Assembly: GCF_001194135.2 (NCBI RefSeq)
Contig: NC_068984.1
Location: forward strand, 81,325,370 to 81,368,133
Length of the DNA stretch: 42,764 bases
Direction of reading: 5' to 3'
From: Octopus bimaculoides
Taxonomy: Eukaryota
The notes beneath the pieces are model-generated. The model made no database searches. It was not told where the DNA came from and saw only the letters and a list, made by a program, of their open reading frames with translations. Positions 23,800 to 35,197 of this stretch are shown in pieces. Within the stretch, counting starts at the first letter, position 1. Each line of letters opens with the position of its first letter. Position numbers and translations under genes: made by a program.

Positions 23800-24030
23800 A
23801 ATGTCCGCTTCTCTATGCTTGCATGGATCAGATGGAATTTATCGAAACAGATTTTTCTATGGCCAGATGCCCTTCCTATCACCAACTCTTATCTGCCTCT
23901 GAGTAAGGTGATATTTCCCCATGGTCAGGCATGTGTTTTATGGAAGACTAGCAACAGACAACATTGCTTGTGTGACAATGATACACATTTACAACCACCA
24001 CATAATGTCTAAACAAGGATGCACACACAT
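23800..24030 (-). mobile_element. GAT-tailed RTE-partner repeat variant
   Basis: catcattgtttaatgtcc...gcatgg...ccagatgcccttcct..caccaac...agtaaggt.atatt...gacaatgata; a second copy lies at about 30770-31010. Confidence 0.75.
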
Positions 24031-24607
24031 ATACATACATACATACATACAATGGGCTTCTTTCAGTTTCCACCTACAGGTGACAAGTCAAAATGATAGG
24101 GAAGCAAGCTTCTTAACCACACAGTCACATCTGCACTTACACACACACACACACATATGTATTGATGTGTATGTATATGTGTGTGTGTGTGTAAAGTCAG
24201 ACAGCCTGCATTGTTCAATAAATGACTCTCTTTCAAAATGGTAGTCCTAGTTTGGCTGTTGAACTATGTGACACACTTAGAAGGTATATAGATTCAGCAG
24301 AAGGCCAGAGGATAACTCAGAAATATTATTCAATTATGGAATTATGATATTGGTTTCTTACTCATGCAGGAAACTTAATACAGTGGTAGAACAGATGTAG
24401 TCAGTTGATTTGGATATAAGAAATACTTACTGCCTACCTTCGTAGAGGTCACTTGTAAAATCTACAAGAATATGGACAAACCAATAAGGGAAGCTCTCCC
24501 TGTTTACTCTCTGCTCTCAAATCACACCCCACTGCTAACTTAAAAAAGCCAAGTCTTTCTCCCAGCCAAGCCTCCCTCCCCTCAAATCATACTCTAAGGG
24601 CTTAGAC

Positions 24608-24906
24608 CAGTGGTTCCCAAAGTGGACAGTATTGGTTCCCCACCACCCAAGTGTTGGCGAAAAGATGAGAGGGGGGGGGGCATTGAAGAAAAGTGGGGTG
24701 ATACTGGGGTAGCCAAAAAAGGGCAATAGATGTAAAAACAACAAAATAATGGGTTAATTGGATTAAATATTTTAGTTGTGAAATACAGTTGTTTTGAATT
24801 TACTGCAGAAAGTAGTCTATGTTTGTGGTGGTGAATGGTGGGGTCCACTAGGAATGTGGCCCGGGTGCCAAGGGGGTGGCAGCCTGAAAAAGTTTAGGGA
24901 CCACTG
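24608..24906 (+). mobile_element. hAT (Charlie/Buster-type) MITE with an 8-bp TSD
   Basis: TIRs cagtggttcccaaa / tttagggaccactg. Perfect TSD gcttagac at 24600-24607 and 24907-24914. Confidence 0.92.
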
Positions 24907-26039
24907 GCTTAGACAATAATGTGGACCAGGTTACTCAATGTGTGAAAACAAGATCGGATGCTGATGATTGGAATGTTTCATCTGATTTGTTAGAAGCTGC
25001 AGTTATATCACTCTCAAATTATATGCTACAATTTTCAGATAGGATGCAATGGTTAATGTAGTACTATATGTTTGAAAAAGAAAAAAACAGATGGGATTGT
25101 CATAGATGGTGTCCTCCTGATCACAGACTTGCTCAATTAGGATTGACATAGTACTAAATAACAATAACCATAGTATGTCAAGATGTGAAGTATAATCCTT
25201 AACTAACAGCGGGTGGTGTACAGTACCTGCAGATTTGTTGATTGCATGTAGTCTTACCTATGTACTATAGGGCTGCTTAATCAGAGCTGACTTGAGGCTG
25301 TACAATAACAATTGGAAGGATAGAATTCAAAGTTGACCTTCAAAATACCAACACCTGACAATAAAATTAGGTTATGTGCTCAACCTGTGAGTAGTTTGTC
25401 TTCCAATAATATAATACTCATTATAAACTGAATAGAAAGTGACAGCAAAAAAAAAAAGAAAAACAACACAAAGGCTTAAATTTAAGGAATAGTTAGATGG
25501 GCTTATGAAAACAAAAAATGTAAAGGCTAAGAAAAATGAAATACTGATATGATATAATCACCCAACTAGAGCAGTTTTAAGAAAAATCCTTCAACAATGA
25601 CCTACTTATTTCTGTTAAGAATAATAAACATAATTTAGCAAAGATTTTAAATAATGTTACAAGAAAGCTGTTCAACAGATCTTTCCTAGTGGTCAGTATT
25701 CAGTGTTTAGACTACGTGAGTTATGTTCCATCATGTACATATAAGATTGGCCTCTAATTCATCTAAATTTACTCACCTCTATCTCAATTCTACACAAAGC
25801 TACACCATTTTATCTGTCTTTCTCTAAATGATGCAAAGCCTTGAAACATCAATATAAACACAATAGCAAATGATTTGAGCCAACGAGGAAGCATCTACAC
25901 ATGGTCCTCAATCCTACTAGAAATTTTCAAATCACGCACTACTGCCTAAAAAAAAACCATGCTAGATAATGTAGACCCAAATTTAGAAATAATACATTTC
26001 TAAATCTCCCTGAGAGATTCATGTAGTAGTGATGCGATG

Positions 26040-26314
26040 AAGTAGTTGTATGCTGTCAACTTAATGTGACAGTCCCCTGAAGGGAATAATACTACTGTTG
26101 GCTAGACCTAGGAAGCTGCACCGCTTCCTGTCGGCCTTGACATATTTCCTGTGTCCTTATGTTTACAAGGTGCTTGTTTCCCCCCTTGTAAACATAAGGA
26201 CACAGGAAATGTGTCAAGGCTGACAGGAAGCGGTGCAGCTTCCTAGGTCTAACCAATAGTAGTATTATTCCCTTCAGGGGACTATCACATTAAGTTGACA
26301 GCATACAACTACTT
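26040..26314. repeat. Long inverted repeat (131-bp arms, 13-nt spacer)
   Basis: 26040-26170 versus the reverse complement of 26184-26314: 126/131 identical, and all 5 differences are transitions. Confidence 0.98.
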
Positions 26315-26802
26315 TAATGTAGGCCCAGTTTTCATGCATAAAGGGCAAGGTCACAGCTGGATTTTATTTTAATAATAGATTTGCAAGATCAGAGTTAACT
26401 TGAGATTAAAGAACAAGAGAAGCTTCAAAGTTTCAGATGTTTGGCTATACAAGGGTACAAACCAGTTGGTCCATAAAAATAGACTAAAGGTCTGCACCAC
26501 AACCATTTTTTAACTTATGATTCCTGTTTTATTTGATTCCTTTGATTTTTGTTTTATTCAGGTAGATCCCCATGATCATTCAATGTTTTAAAAAATCCTG
26601 TTATATTTATATAATAGAATATTATTATTAAGAATTGTATAAAGAACTGTTGAATTATTTTATATATTGTAGAAGTATAACCAGTTTACTGCACATAAGT
26701 TTTTAACAACAAAATCTTCTGAGTATCCCTTAAAGTTTAGATGATATGCTAAGATTAAGTACAAAGTACTTTTCTTCTCAACATATGACATAAAAGGACT
26801 AA

Positions 26803-27005
26803 ACTGAAATGATACTAAACCACCTGAGACTGCTCCTGATTCAATGATATAAACTTCCTCAAGTGGTTTAAAATTAAAACCTTCCATCAAAATTTGTTAT
26901 TAAATTATGTCTCAAACATCAGATTAGTAATGCCAGTTATTTTATCAGATTCTACAACTGAAACAAAGGTAGTGTATTTCAAACAGAAATGTCACAATGA
27001 AGGGG
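26803..27005 (+). mobile_element. piggyBac MITE family 2, old copy
   Basis: cctgagactgctcctgattc...aattaaaaccttcc...gttattttat...gaagggg|TTAA; homologous to 5671-5881. Confidence 0.65.
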
Positions 27006-27021
27006 TTAAAATACATCTCTG

Positions 27022-27106
27022 TAAATCAGTGGTTCACTAGACATGCACTGCAAGAGATATCTTCCTAAATCAGTGGTTCACTAGACATGCACTGTAAGAG
27101 ATATCT
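27022..27106. repeat. 44-bp-period tandem duplication
   Basis: taaatcagtggttcactagacatgcactg(c/t)aagagatatct at 27022-27062 and 27066-27106, 1 mismatch. Confidence 0.95.
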
Positions 27107-27215
27107 AACTTTTTTATTAGAAAATTCACAGTAAGCCGTGAGCACCCTGAAATATGCTATTGAAAATTTTGCTATGCTATGCACTGTCATCATTAATAAA
27201 GACAATGTAAACATA

Positions 27216-27658
27216 GGCGCAGGAGTGGCTGTGTGGTAAGTAGCTTGCTTACCAACCACATGGTTCCAGGTTCATTCCCACTGCGTGGCATCTTGGGCAA
27301 GTGTCTTCTACTATAGCCTTGGGACCGACCAAAGCCTTGTGAGTGGATTTGGTAGACGGAAACTGAAAGAAGCCTGTTGTATATATGTATATATATATAT
27401 ATATATATGCATGTGTGTGCATNNNNNNNNNNNNNNNNNNNNNNNNNNNNNNNNNNNNNNNNNNNNNNNNNNNNNNNNNNNNNNNNNNNNNNNNNNNNNN
27501 NNNNNNNNNNNNNNNNNNNNNNNNNNNNNNGTTCGGCAAAAGAGACCGATAGAATAAGTACTAGGCTTACAAAGAATAAGTCCTGGGGTCGATTTCCTCG
27601 ACTAAAAGCGGTGCTCCAGCATGGCCGCAGTCAAATGACTGAAAGAAGTAAAAGAGTA
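27216..27658 (+). mobile_element. tRNA-headed SINE family A, young copy with an internal microsatellite and a gap
   Basis: Head ggcgcaggagTGGCTGTGTGGtaagtagcttgcttaccaaccacatggttccAGGTTCATTCCCactg, internal (TA)n/(TG)n, and tail aaatgactgaaagaagtaaaagag. Many CpGs are retained. Confidence 0.9.
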
Positions 27659-29478
27659 ATCATTTTCTACAGTTTTTCTAAATTTTAAATTCAAAAACAG
27701 ATTTTTAAAAACTTCCACATGAAGTATACTAGTAATTTTTGTTTGCTCTCTCCATGCCACATGTCAAAAATACTGATTTAAACCTTCTGTTATATTGACT
27801 GTCCTGAGACTACCTCTGGTTCTATGATAATAGATTAATAAGTAAATAAATAAATCTGCCAGTTTTAAAGTGTTTATCCTGAATTAAAATTGGATATCAA
27901 AATTTAATGTAAGAATGTTTTCTTACATTGTATCCCAAACGCCAGTAGAACAATAACAAAGTTAATTAACTAAATCTCTCCAAAATTTTAATTATATTAA
28001 AAACAATTAGATATGAGTAGAGAAATATACCATGGTAGGTTTAAACATCAATACTTTAGATGAAGTAGTAATTGAAATTCTTATTTTCCCAAGTTAAAGA
28101 ATATTTACAGACTGTTCTTTCTCCAACTTAACAAGAAAATAAGCCATGCATAACCATGGAAGGGTAAAAAGTAAACAATTTTAAAAAGTAGACAGCAAAA
28201 TCTCAGCAGAATAAATATTTATATAGAAACAAGGACAGCTTGAGCAAACAATACTAACATCAGAATTTGTGTATGATATGGGGACTCTTTCAGAGGCCAG
28301 ATGCCAACAGATACAGTCTCTGTCTTAGCCATGATAATTTTCATAGCAAATAATAAAAAAAAGGGTGAACAAGCAATGTGGCCAACACTAAGATGTAGTT
28401 GCACCAGAGCCCCTCCAGAGGTGGTGTAAACAGCATGGGGCATAGCTGAAACATATATTAGTACAATCAAGTCAGATCTTAAATTGAAATCTAGTCTTTG
28501 AATGTATGATGTCTGCCATTGGAATTCAAACTGGTTGCAGGTTTATGATTACCAGGTGCAGCTGGCTTTCATTTGTATATACTGTGGATTCACTGCTTGC
28601 AGCCAGCTCAAATTCTTCCTCATTGAATGCCAACACAAAAAAAGTAAATAATATTAATTTATTTTATTAATATTAGTTAGTTTTCACTACCATATATGTA
28701 TTAAATATTTAATGTTAATAAACATAAATTATAAAAGAAGTAAAACTTATATTAAAAAAAAAAAGAACATATTAAGAGTCAATTGAAATAAGTTAAGACA
28801 ACCTATATTATGCACACAGTAAGTTCTGTATGAAACGTTTTCTGTTGCAATTACTTTAAGCATTTATCTATCCCCATTGTACTTTTATTAAGTTGTGTTA
28901 GTCTGTGACATATATCAGAATATGCTTGTTTTATTTTTAGACAGTTTTTTAGTTTCATGGCATTTATTCAGGAAGGTAACTACTCTTGTGTTTTTTGTGA
29001 GGTGAATTCACTTGTTTCAGAACAACAAATTTTGCAGCAGCATTAATTTTATCTCACTAGCAAGACACATTATCCATCAATGTCCTACAGCTCAAATTCA
29101 AGTATCAAAGTTAGGTAAACTATATATGGGAAAAAAGAAAAAAAAAATGGTTGAGAATATTTCTAGATTTTGAAATCTTCAGGACTCTTTCAAGACCAGT
29201 TTGCTTACCTCTTTTGAGAGAAGCCCACCTGAATTTGTCCCTAGTTCTATCATAAAAATCCTTTCAATTTCAAGAGTTCATATTTTTACTTAAAATTGCA
29301 TATGATAATTTTAAGCATGTACCATGCAGTTTTGTTCTAAACAGCAGCTTAATAAAAGAATTATTTTATTAAATCCTTCAAAACTCTGAATTATCTACAG
29401 AGTGAATTAAAACACACAGGTAGTAATGTATTCCATAAGAATATGATCATAAAAGGGTTCGATAAGATTACTCTAAAC

Positions 29479-29948
29479 CAGTGGTTCTCAACCAGGGACC
29501 ATATGGCCCTTGAGTGTCCATAAGATTTTGTTGTGAAAGTTTATGAGCATATAAATTAATTATAATTCTACAATACACAAAATATTCTTTTCTTTTCTAC
29601 TCTAGGCACAAGGCCTGAAATTTTGAGAGGGGAGACCAAGTCGATTAGATTGACCCCAGTACGTAACTGGTACTTAATTTATCGACCCCAAAAGGATGAA
29701 AGGCAGAGTCAACGTCAGCGGAATTTGAACTCAGAACGTAAAGACAGATGAAATACCGTTAAGCATTTCGCCTGGCGTGCTAACATTTCTGCCAGCTCGC
29801 TGCCTTACAATACATAAAGTATTTTAACATTTTATACAATCTCTAATAAAAATATAGTTTGATTTCTTTTTTCATAAACATGGAGGTCTAGTAGAGTTAA
29901 ATATAAATCAAAGGGATTCTTAGACAAAGAAATGGTTGAGAACCACTG
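29479..29948 (+). mobile_element. hAT MITE with perfect 16-bp TIRs and an 8-bp TSD, containing a nested SINE
   Basis: cagtggttctcaacca / tggttgagaaccactg. TSD ctctaaac at 29471-29478 and 29949-29956. Confidence 0.93.
29587..29804 (-). mobile_element. Full SINE family B nested in the hAT MITE
   Basis: Minus-strand head ggcagcgagctggcagaaatgttagcacgccagg...gttctgagttcaaattcc. Flanked by an 18-bp TSD with 2 mismatches (29569-29586 / 29806-29823). Confidence 0.9.
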
Positions 29949-30374
29949 CTCTAAACCATTCTCAAGTAAATTAATATTTCCATTTTGCTACTTTAATCTC
30001 AGTCTTTAATGTTGAGATATGAATTCAAAAGTTACTTGAAACTTATATCTCATTTATCAGGAGATATCAAACATTACTGAGAGTATATATATCTAGTAAT
30101 GTGTTAAACTAATTGTTGTTAAGTATAATGATTTGAAATAAAGATTACTAAGCCAGTTAGGTTAAATGTGCCTTGATTAATCTAATCTAAACACTACTTA
30201 TGTTTAATCTATAACACTACAATTAAAACTAATGACAGTTAATGAATTAACTGATCTGATATTAAATAGACAAAAATTTAGTTTTCAATTCTAGGTAACC
30301 AGTCATTTAAGCATAACAGTAAAATAAACATATGAAATACTGTCACTTAATTTTGGTCATTACGAAAGACATAT

Positions 30375-30563
30375 TAGTGGTTCTCAACTGGGGTCCATAT
30401 AAGATTTTATTGCTAAAATATATGTGCAAGAAATTGCTTATATTTCTAATAATTAATTGTAAATATATATGATTTTTTAAACATTGCATAGCTATGAGAG
30501 CCCATCTGAATAAAATAGGAATCACAGGGGTCTATAGATAAAAAATGATTGAGAAACAACACT
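30375..30563 (+). mobile_element. Older copy of the 29479 hAT MITE family
   Basis: tagtggttctcaactggggtccatataagatttt...aaaatgattgagaa; shares the 5' end and the taagatttt block with 29479. Confidence 0.7.
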
Positions 30564-30584
30564 GATAAATAAATTAATATTTTG

Positions 30585-30742
30585 GAGTGGTTAGTGTTAG
30601 TAAGGGCATCCAGTCATAGAGACCATGCCAAATCAGGCTGGAACCTGGTGTAGTTCCCCAGCTTACAAGTTTTCAGTCAAACTGTCCAACCCATGCCAGC
30701 AGGGAAAATAGACGTTAAATGATGATGATGATGATGATGATG
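30585..30742 (+). mobile_element. GAT-tailed RTE-partner repeat
   Basis: gagtggttagtgttagtaagggcatccag...aacccatgccagc...taaatgatgatgatg. Further copies at about 35065-35195 and 38310-38457 (+) and 39338-39480 (-). Confidence 0.82.
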
Positions 30743-31193
30743 TACAATTATTACTGTAATAAATCATATCTACATCATTCAACATCCACTTTTCCAGGCT
30801 TGCATCTGTTGGACAGAATTTGTTGAAGTAGATTTTATACAGTCAGATACCCTTCTTGTCAATCCTCACTTGATTTCCAAGTAAGGTAATATTCCACAAC
30901 AGCTAGACAGGATTTCACAGAATATTGCAAACAAAGGACATTGCTTGCATGACAATGATATCAGTTTACAACTACGAAATCAAGGCAAGAAGACAGTATT
31001 ACACACACACATGTATATACATATGATGAGCCTCTTCCAGTATCCATCTACCAAATACACTTACAAGGCTTTGGTAGACCATGTGGTTAGGAAGCAAACT
31101 TCTTACTACACAACCACACCTGTGACTAAAGCATACCATGATAATATACAGAAAATTTGATATATGACAGAGAGAGATCTCAAAATGGAAGTA

Positions 31194-32091
31194 TTGGGTC
31201 ATTCCATAAATAATGTGGGTTTTTTTATACTTTTATTTTTCAAAATTAAGATAAACAAAGTTCCTTTTTAATCTAAAATATATTCTTCATTTTCTACAAT
31301 GCTTTTCCATCTCTCTGGTAGATTTGCAAGGCACCTCTTCCAAAATGCACTTGTCCATGACGAAAAATACTCTTCCAGTACTGTTCTGACCTCATCTACA
31401 AAATTCATATTCTTTCCGTCCAAATGATTTTGAAGACTACGGAATAAATGATAGTCAGATGGGGCAATGTCCAGCAAATATGGTGGGTGAGGCATTGTTT
31501 CCCATTCAAACTGCTCCAACCTTTGGAATGTCATCCTTCCTGTATGTGGCTGAGCATTATTCTGATGGAAGAACACTTTTCATCTTGAAACCAAAGACAA
31601 TCGTTTTTCTTCTAGCGCTGACTTGAATGACTGGTTGAATGACCAAATCCAAGCTTTTCTGCTAGTTTCTCAACAATTATGAAGGGATTTTGTTCTACCA
31701 GGGTTTGCAGGACATCCTCATCGAGCTCTACAGATCTTCCAGGACAAGGCTTGTCTTCTAGAATGTAGTTTCCAGCTCAGAATTTCTGAAACCACCTCTG
31801 ACACTGGCTTACACTTATTGTCCAATATACTGCATTAATATTCCTCACACTTGTTGACTTTATTGATCTCATAAAGCAAAATATGCCCAATATGTTCCTT
31901 GGTCACATCCATTATAGCTATGAGAAAATAACTGTTAAAATGGAATTGCACTCTTCAAAAGTTACACTAAGAATAAATACAAGGTAAAATTACTACCTGC
32001 TTTTATAGCAAGTTGATGCAGGTGGTTTATCCTGTCCCCCTCTGATTTTTGGTTAAATTGAAAAAACTGCATTATTTATTGGATGACCCAA
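31194..32091 (-). mobile_element. Internally deleted mariner transposon (898 bp)
   Basis: TA|ttgggtcattccataaataatg ... cattatttattggatgacccaa|TA: near-matching TIRs with a TA duplication. Confidence 0.92.
31268..31912 (-). pseudogene. mariner transposase pseudogene (HTH plus C-terminal DD(34)D half)
   Basis: N-terminus MDVTKEHIGHILLYE...QCQRWFQKF*AGNYILED..PGRSVELDEDVLQTLVEQNP..LAEKLGFGHST. C-terminus HQNNAQPH...HPPYLLDIAPSDYHLFRSLQNHLDG...LPERWKSIVENEEYILD*. The middle of the protein, including the first catalytic D, is deleted. Confidence 0.93.
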
Positions 32092-33204
32092 TAGAATGTG
32101 GGTTAAAAAGTTTGAGAAACATTGCTTTAGATAATGTACTCATGAGATACTTAGGCAAAACCTGGGATGATCATGGCTGGAATGCATTTTATATGTCTGT
32201 TTGGTTATGGTTGATGTTGGGCTAAACAATAGCAGCCAAATCCCTCTTAAATTACTCTACTGCTTTAAAAACAGAAGGACGTATTGGATAATATAGCTCT
32301 AGATATAAAAGTAGATGGGATGATGGCTAAACTTTAGATTGTTTAAGGCAAACCAGGGACAATTAACACACTGCTATATAATATCTTAGGTACAGAATTT
32401 ATAAAACAGTTACAAGACTTGTGCTAAGATTAATACTATGAACAATACTTCTACAAATTAATACAAGTCATGTGAATGAATGCCAGTATAAGAAATCAAT
32501 CATTCAATGAATCAATCACTCAACAAATACCAAAGGCAACAAATTGTCTTTATTTATACTAAGTCAAATGCAGGAGTGAATGTGAAATGTTTACCTACAA
32601 AGCAATGTAGGTCAGTCAATACAGTAAGCATATTAAATAACAGAGTCTATTATAATATCTAAACATGGTTGGCTGTTAATTACAAACAAAACATATGCTT
32701 ACTCATCAAAAATATAATTTGAATACACAGACATGTCCTGCTTAATTACATTTAAAAGGTATAATGATGTTTCAACCATAACCAATGAGCCTTTATGCAG
32801 CCTTGTGTCTATGCAACCAATATATCTTGATAAGTGATAAATGAGCAAAAGCAATAAAAGCACAAGAGGGTGAAGTTTTCACAAAGGTGTTATTAGTTTA
32901 ACAGCCGAAAGGAAAAAGAAAAGGTCTTTAACATTTCAGATGTTAGTCCCTCATCAAAAAAAAAAATCAGAAAGGGAGAGAAGATGGTGGAAAGGAAGGA
33001 AAAAGAGGAAGAAAAAAGTTTAGAAGCCAGATGAGAAAGCAGTTCTATGTAGAAGAATTAGGAAGACAAAAAAGCAAAATGTTGTATAGGAGGGTATCTG
33101 TATGAGTAGATGGGTATGAGGGAGATATATGAGTGCAGTTGGTTAGCTAGGGATGAGTGGAACTGTGCAAGAGTAAGATGTGAAAAAAATTAGTTATATC
33201 TTAA

Positions 33205-33424
33205 CCCTTTTGTTACTGTATTTATTTTGAGAAGCTCTGTGTTTCTTTCAATTACTTTAAATATTACAAAGAATTTAGTAAAATAACTTAGTTATCATTC
33301 AGCTAGTGTTAAGAACATAAATTGTGACTAAGGTTTGGTGGAAGATTTTAATTCAAAACTTATGAAAACAAGACATTTGTTCTCAGAGCCAGAGCCGGTT
33401 TTAACCAGGTTGGTAACGAAAGGG
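33205..33424 (-). mobile_element. piggyBac MITE family 2 with a TTAA TSD
   Basis: TTAA|CCCTTTTGTTAC...TTGGTAACGAAAGGG|TTAA. The right end is identical over 15 bp to the left TIR region of the 12837 element. Confidence 0.92.
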
Positions 33425-35196
33425 TTAATTAGTATTTAATCAGTTGAAATATAATGTCTAAGCAAAGATATCTAATACAGGGACAGGGCAATAAATTAGA
33501 GATAAGGAACACACATTCAATTATATCAGTCCCAATACAAGACTGGTACTTTATTTGGTTGACATCAGAAAGATGAGAGGCTTAAGTTATGCTTGGCCAT
33601 GTTGGGGCACCACTTTCAGGGGTTTTAGTCAAACACATCAACTCCAGACTTTTAAGGTCTAATACTTAGTCTATCAGTCTCTTTTGATAAACTACCAAGT
33701 AACAGGGGCGTAAGCAGTGAGCAAATGATAAACACAAGCACACACAATACAAGACTGGTACTTCTGTACCTGCTATGAACTTTTTTAGAAATAATTATGG
33801 AAAATCTTCTAACTTATTAATTAATTCAATAGTAGATCACAGGAGATATCATTCATGCTGAGGCAATACCTAGTACTTAAAAACCAGAACATGCAATTTC
33901 TTATATTATCAAAACCATGTAATTGAAGTAGAGTACATTATAACATGTATGTACCCTCTGCAGCTGTCTCTCATAAAAACGGAAGATTTATATCAAAATT
34001 TAATTGCTTGCATACATTTACATATATTAGGCATGCATTGCTTTCATACAGTAAAAGTCATTGGCATGCAAGTCTGCCTTGCAAAGCCCAACCTTCTCCA
34101 ATTTAGACTTACAAAATGGATTTTATCTCTGGTGATTGCACCAGCAATAAGTTCATCATCATAATCTGCTGTAGATATGGTAAAGAAATGAAATAAATGC
34201 TTTGTGGTTCCAGGATCAATTCTATCCAACAGAATCATGAATAAGAGTCTTCTACATACCTTGGATCCACAAATGCTTTCATAATCACTCACCATTATTT
34301 TATAATTGTTTTTCCATGCTAGTATGGATGGATTAGGTCTCAAAATTTCAACACTCACAGCAGTCCTTTGGCATATAGCACACAAAATGAAGGAAAACCA
34401 ACCACTCTTTTTGTTGTGTATATTATTATTTTCAGCAGGATTCAAAGGCTGGGTTACCATCCTAACACCAGTCACTTTCCTGCATGGATTGGGTGCATTT
34501 TTCTGTGCAGCCAGTACCAGAGAGGTCACTTTTGATAGGATTGAAGACTACCTTCTACCTTACATTGTCTCTATTTACTCTTCTTTTGAGGAGCTTTTCA
34601 CAGCTAGAAGCTCTTTCAAACACAAACCACAATGGTTTGGTAGACTGAAGTCCATCAGATGTATGTGTGTGTGCATGTGCATTGAAGAAGAATGATAGAA
34701 TTAGTACATCCAAATAAAAGGACTTAGTAGTAATCGGTTATATTCTTTTATGCACAGACTATCTTTGGTTTTCCAATCTTCAATCCAATGCAAATACCTT
34801 CTAAGAGTGACTTTCAAGAGCTGATATATAGCTCAAATCTATTGTAAGGAAAATTTTCAAGTGACTTGCTATTGATATCAAACAGGTTAGAAAACTGAAG
34901 TAATGGAGAATAAAATGGTTTTAGCAGGTTGAAAACAAAGTTTAGTTACACCAACAAAAGGGCTGTTACAGTTTCTTCACTTGCAAAAAATAAAAGCTAA
35001 ATCTTCCTCAACTCATACTCTATCATCTTTGTTGATACTTCTAACATAAACAAACAACAGTAAAGCTGTTAGGAAGGGTATCTAGCCATAGAAACCATGT
35101 CAAAACAGACGATTGGAACCTGGGCAGCTCCTGTCAAAATGTCCAACCCATGCCAGCATGAAAATGGAGGTTAAATGATGATGATGTTGATGATTT

Positions 35197-35197
<1 letters not shown>

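Noticed and set aside
27022-27106. CRISPR-like repeat-spacer pattern in the 31-bp and 44-bp duplications
   Set aside because: Only two adjacent units with no unique spacers, in a eukaryotic context with no cas genes.
27216-27290. tRNA genes at the SINE heads (also 3497-3575, 8132-8220, 16940-17010 and 37405-37475)
   Set aside because: A- and B-box-like motifs are present, but they continue into SINE bodies and lack a complete cloverleaf acceptor stem.
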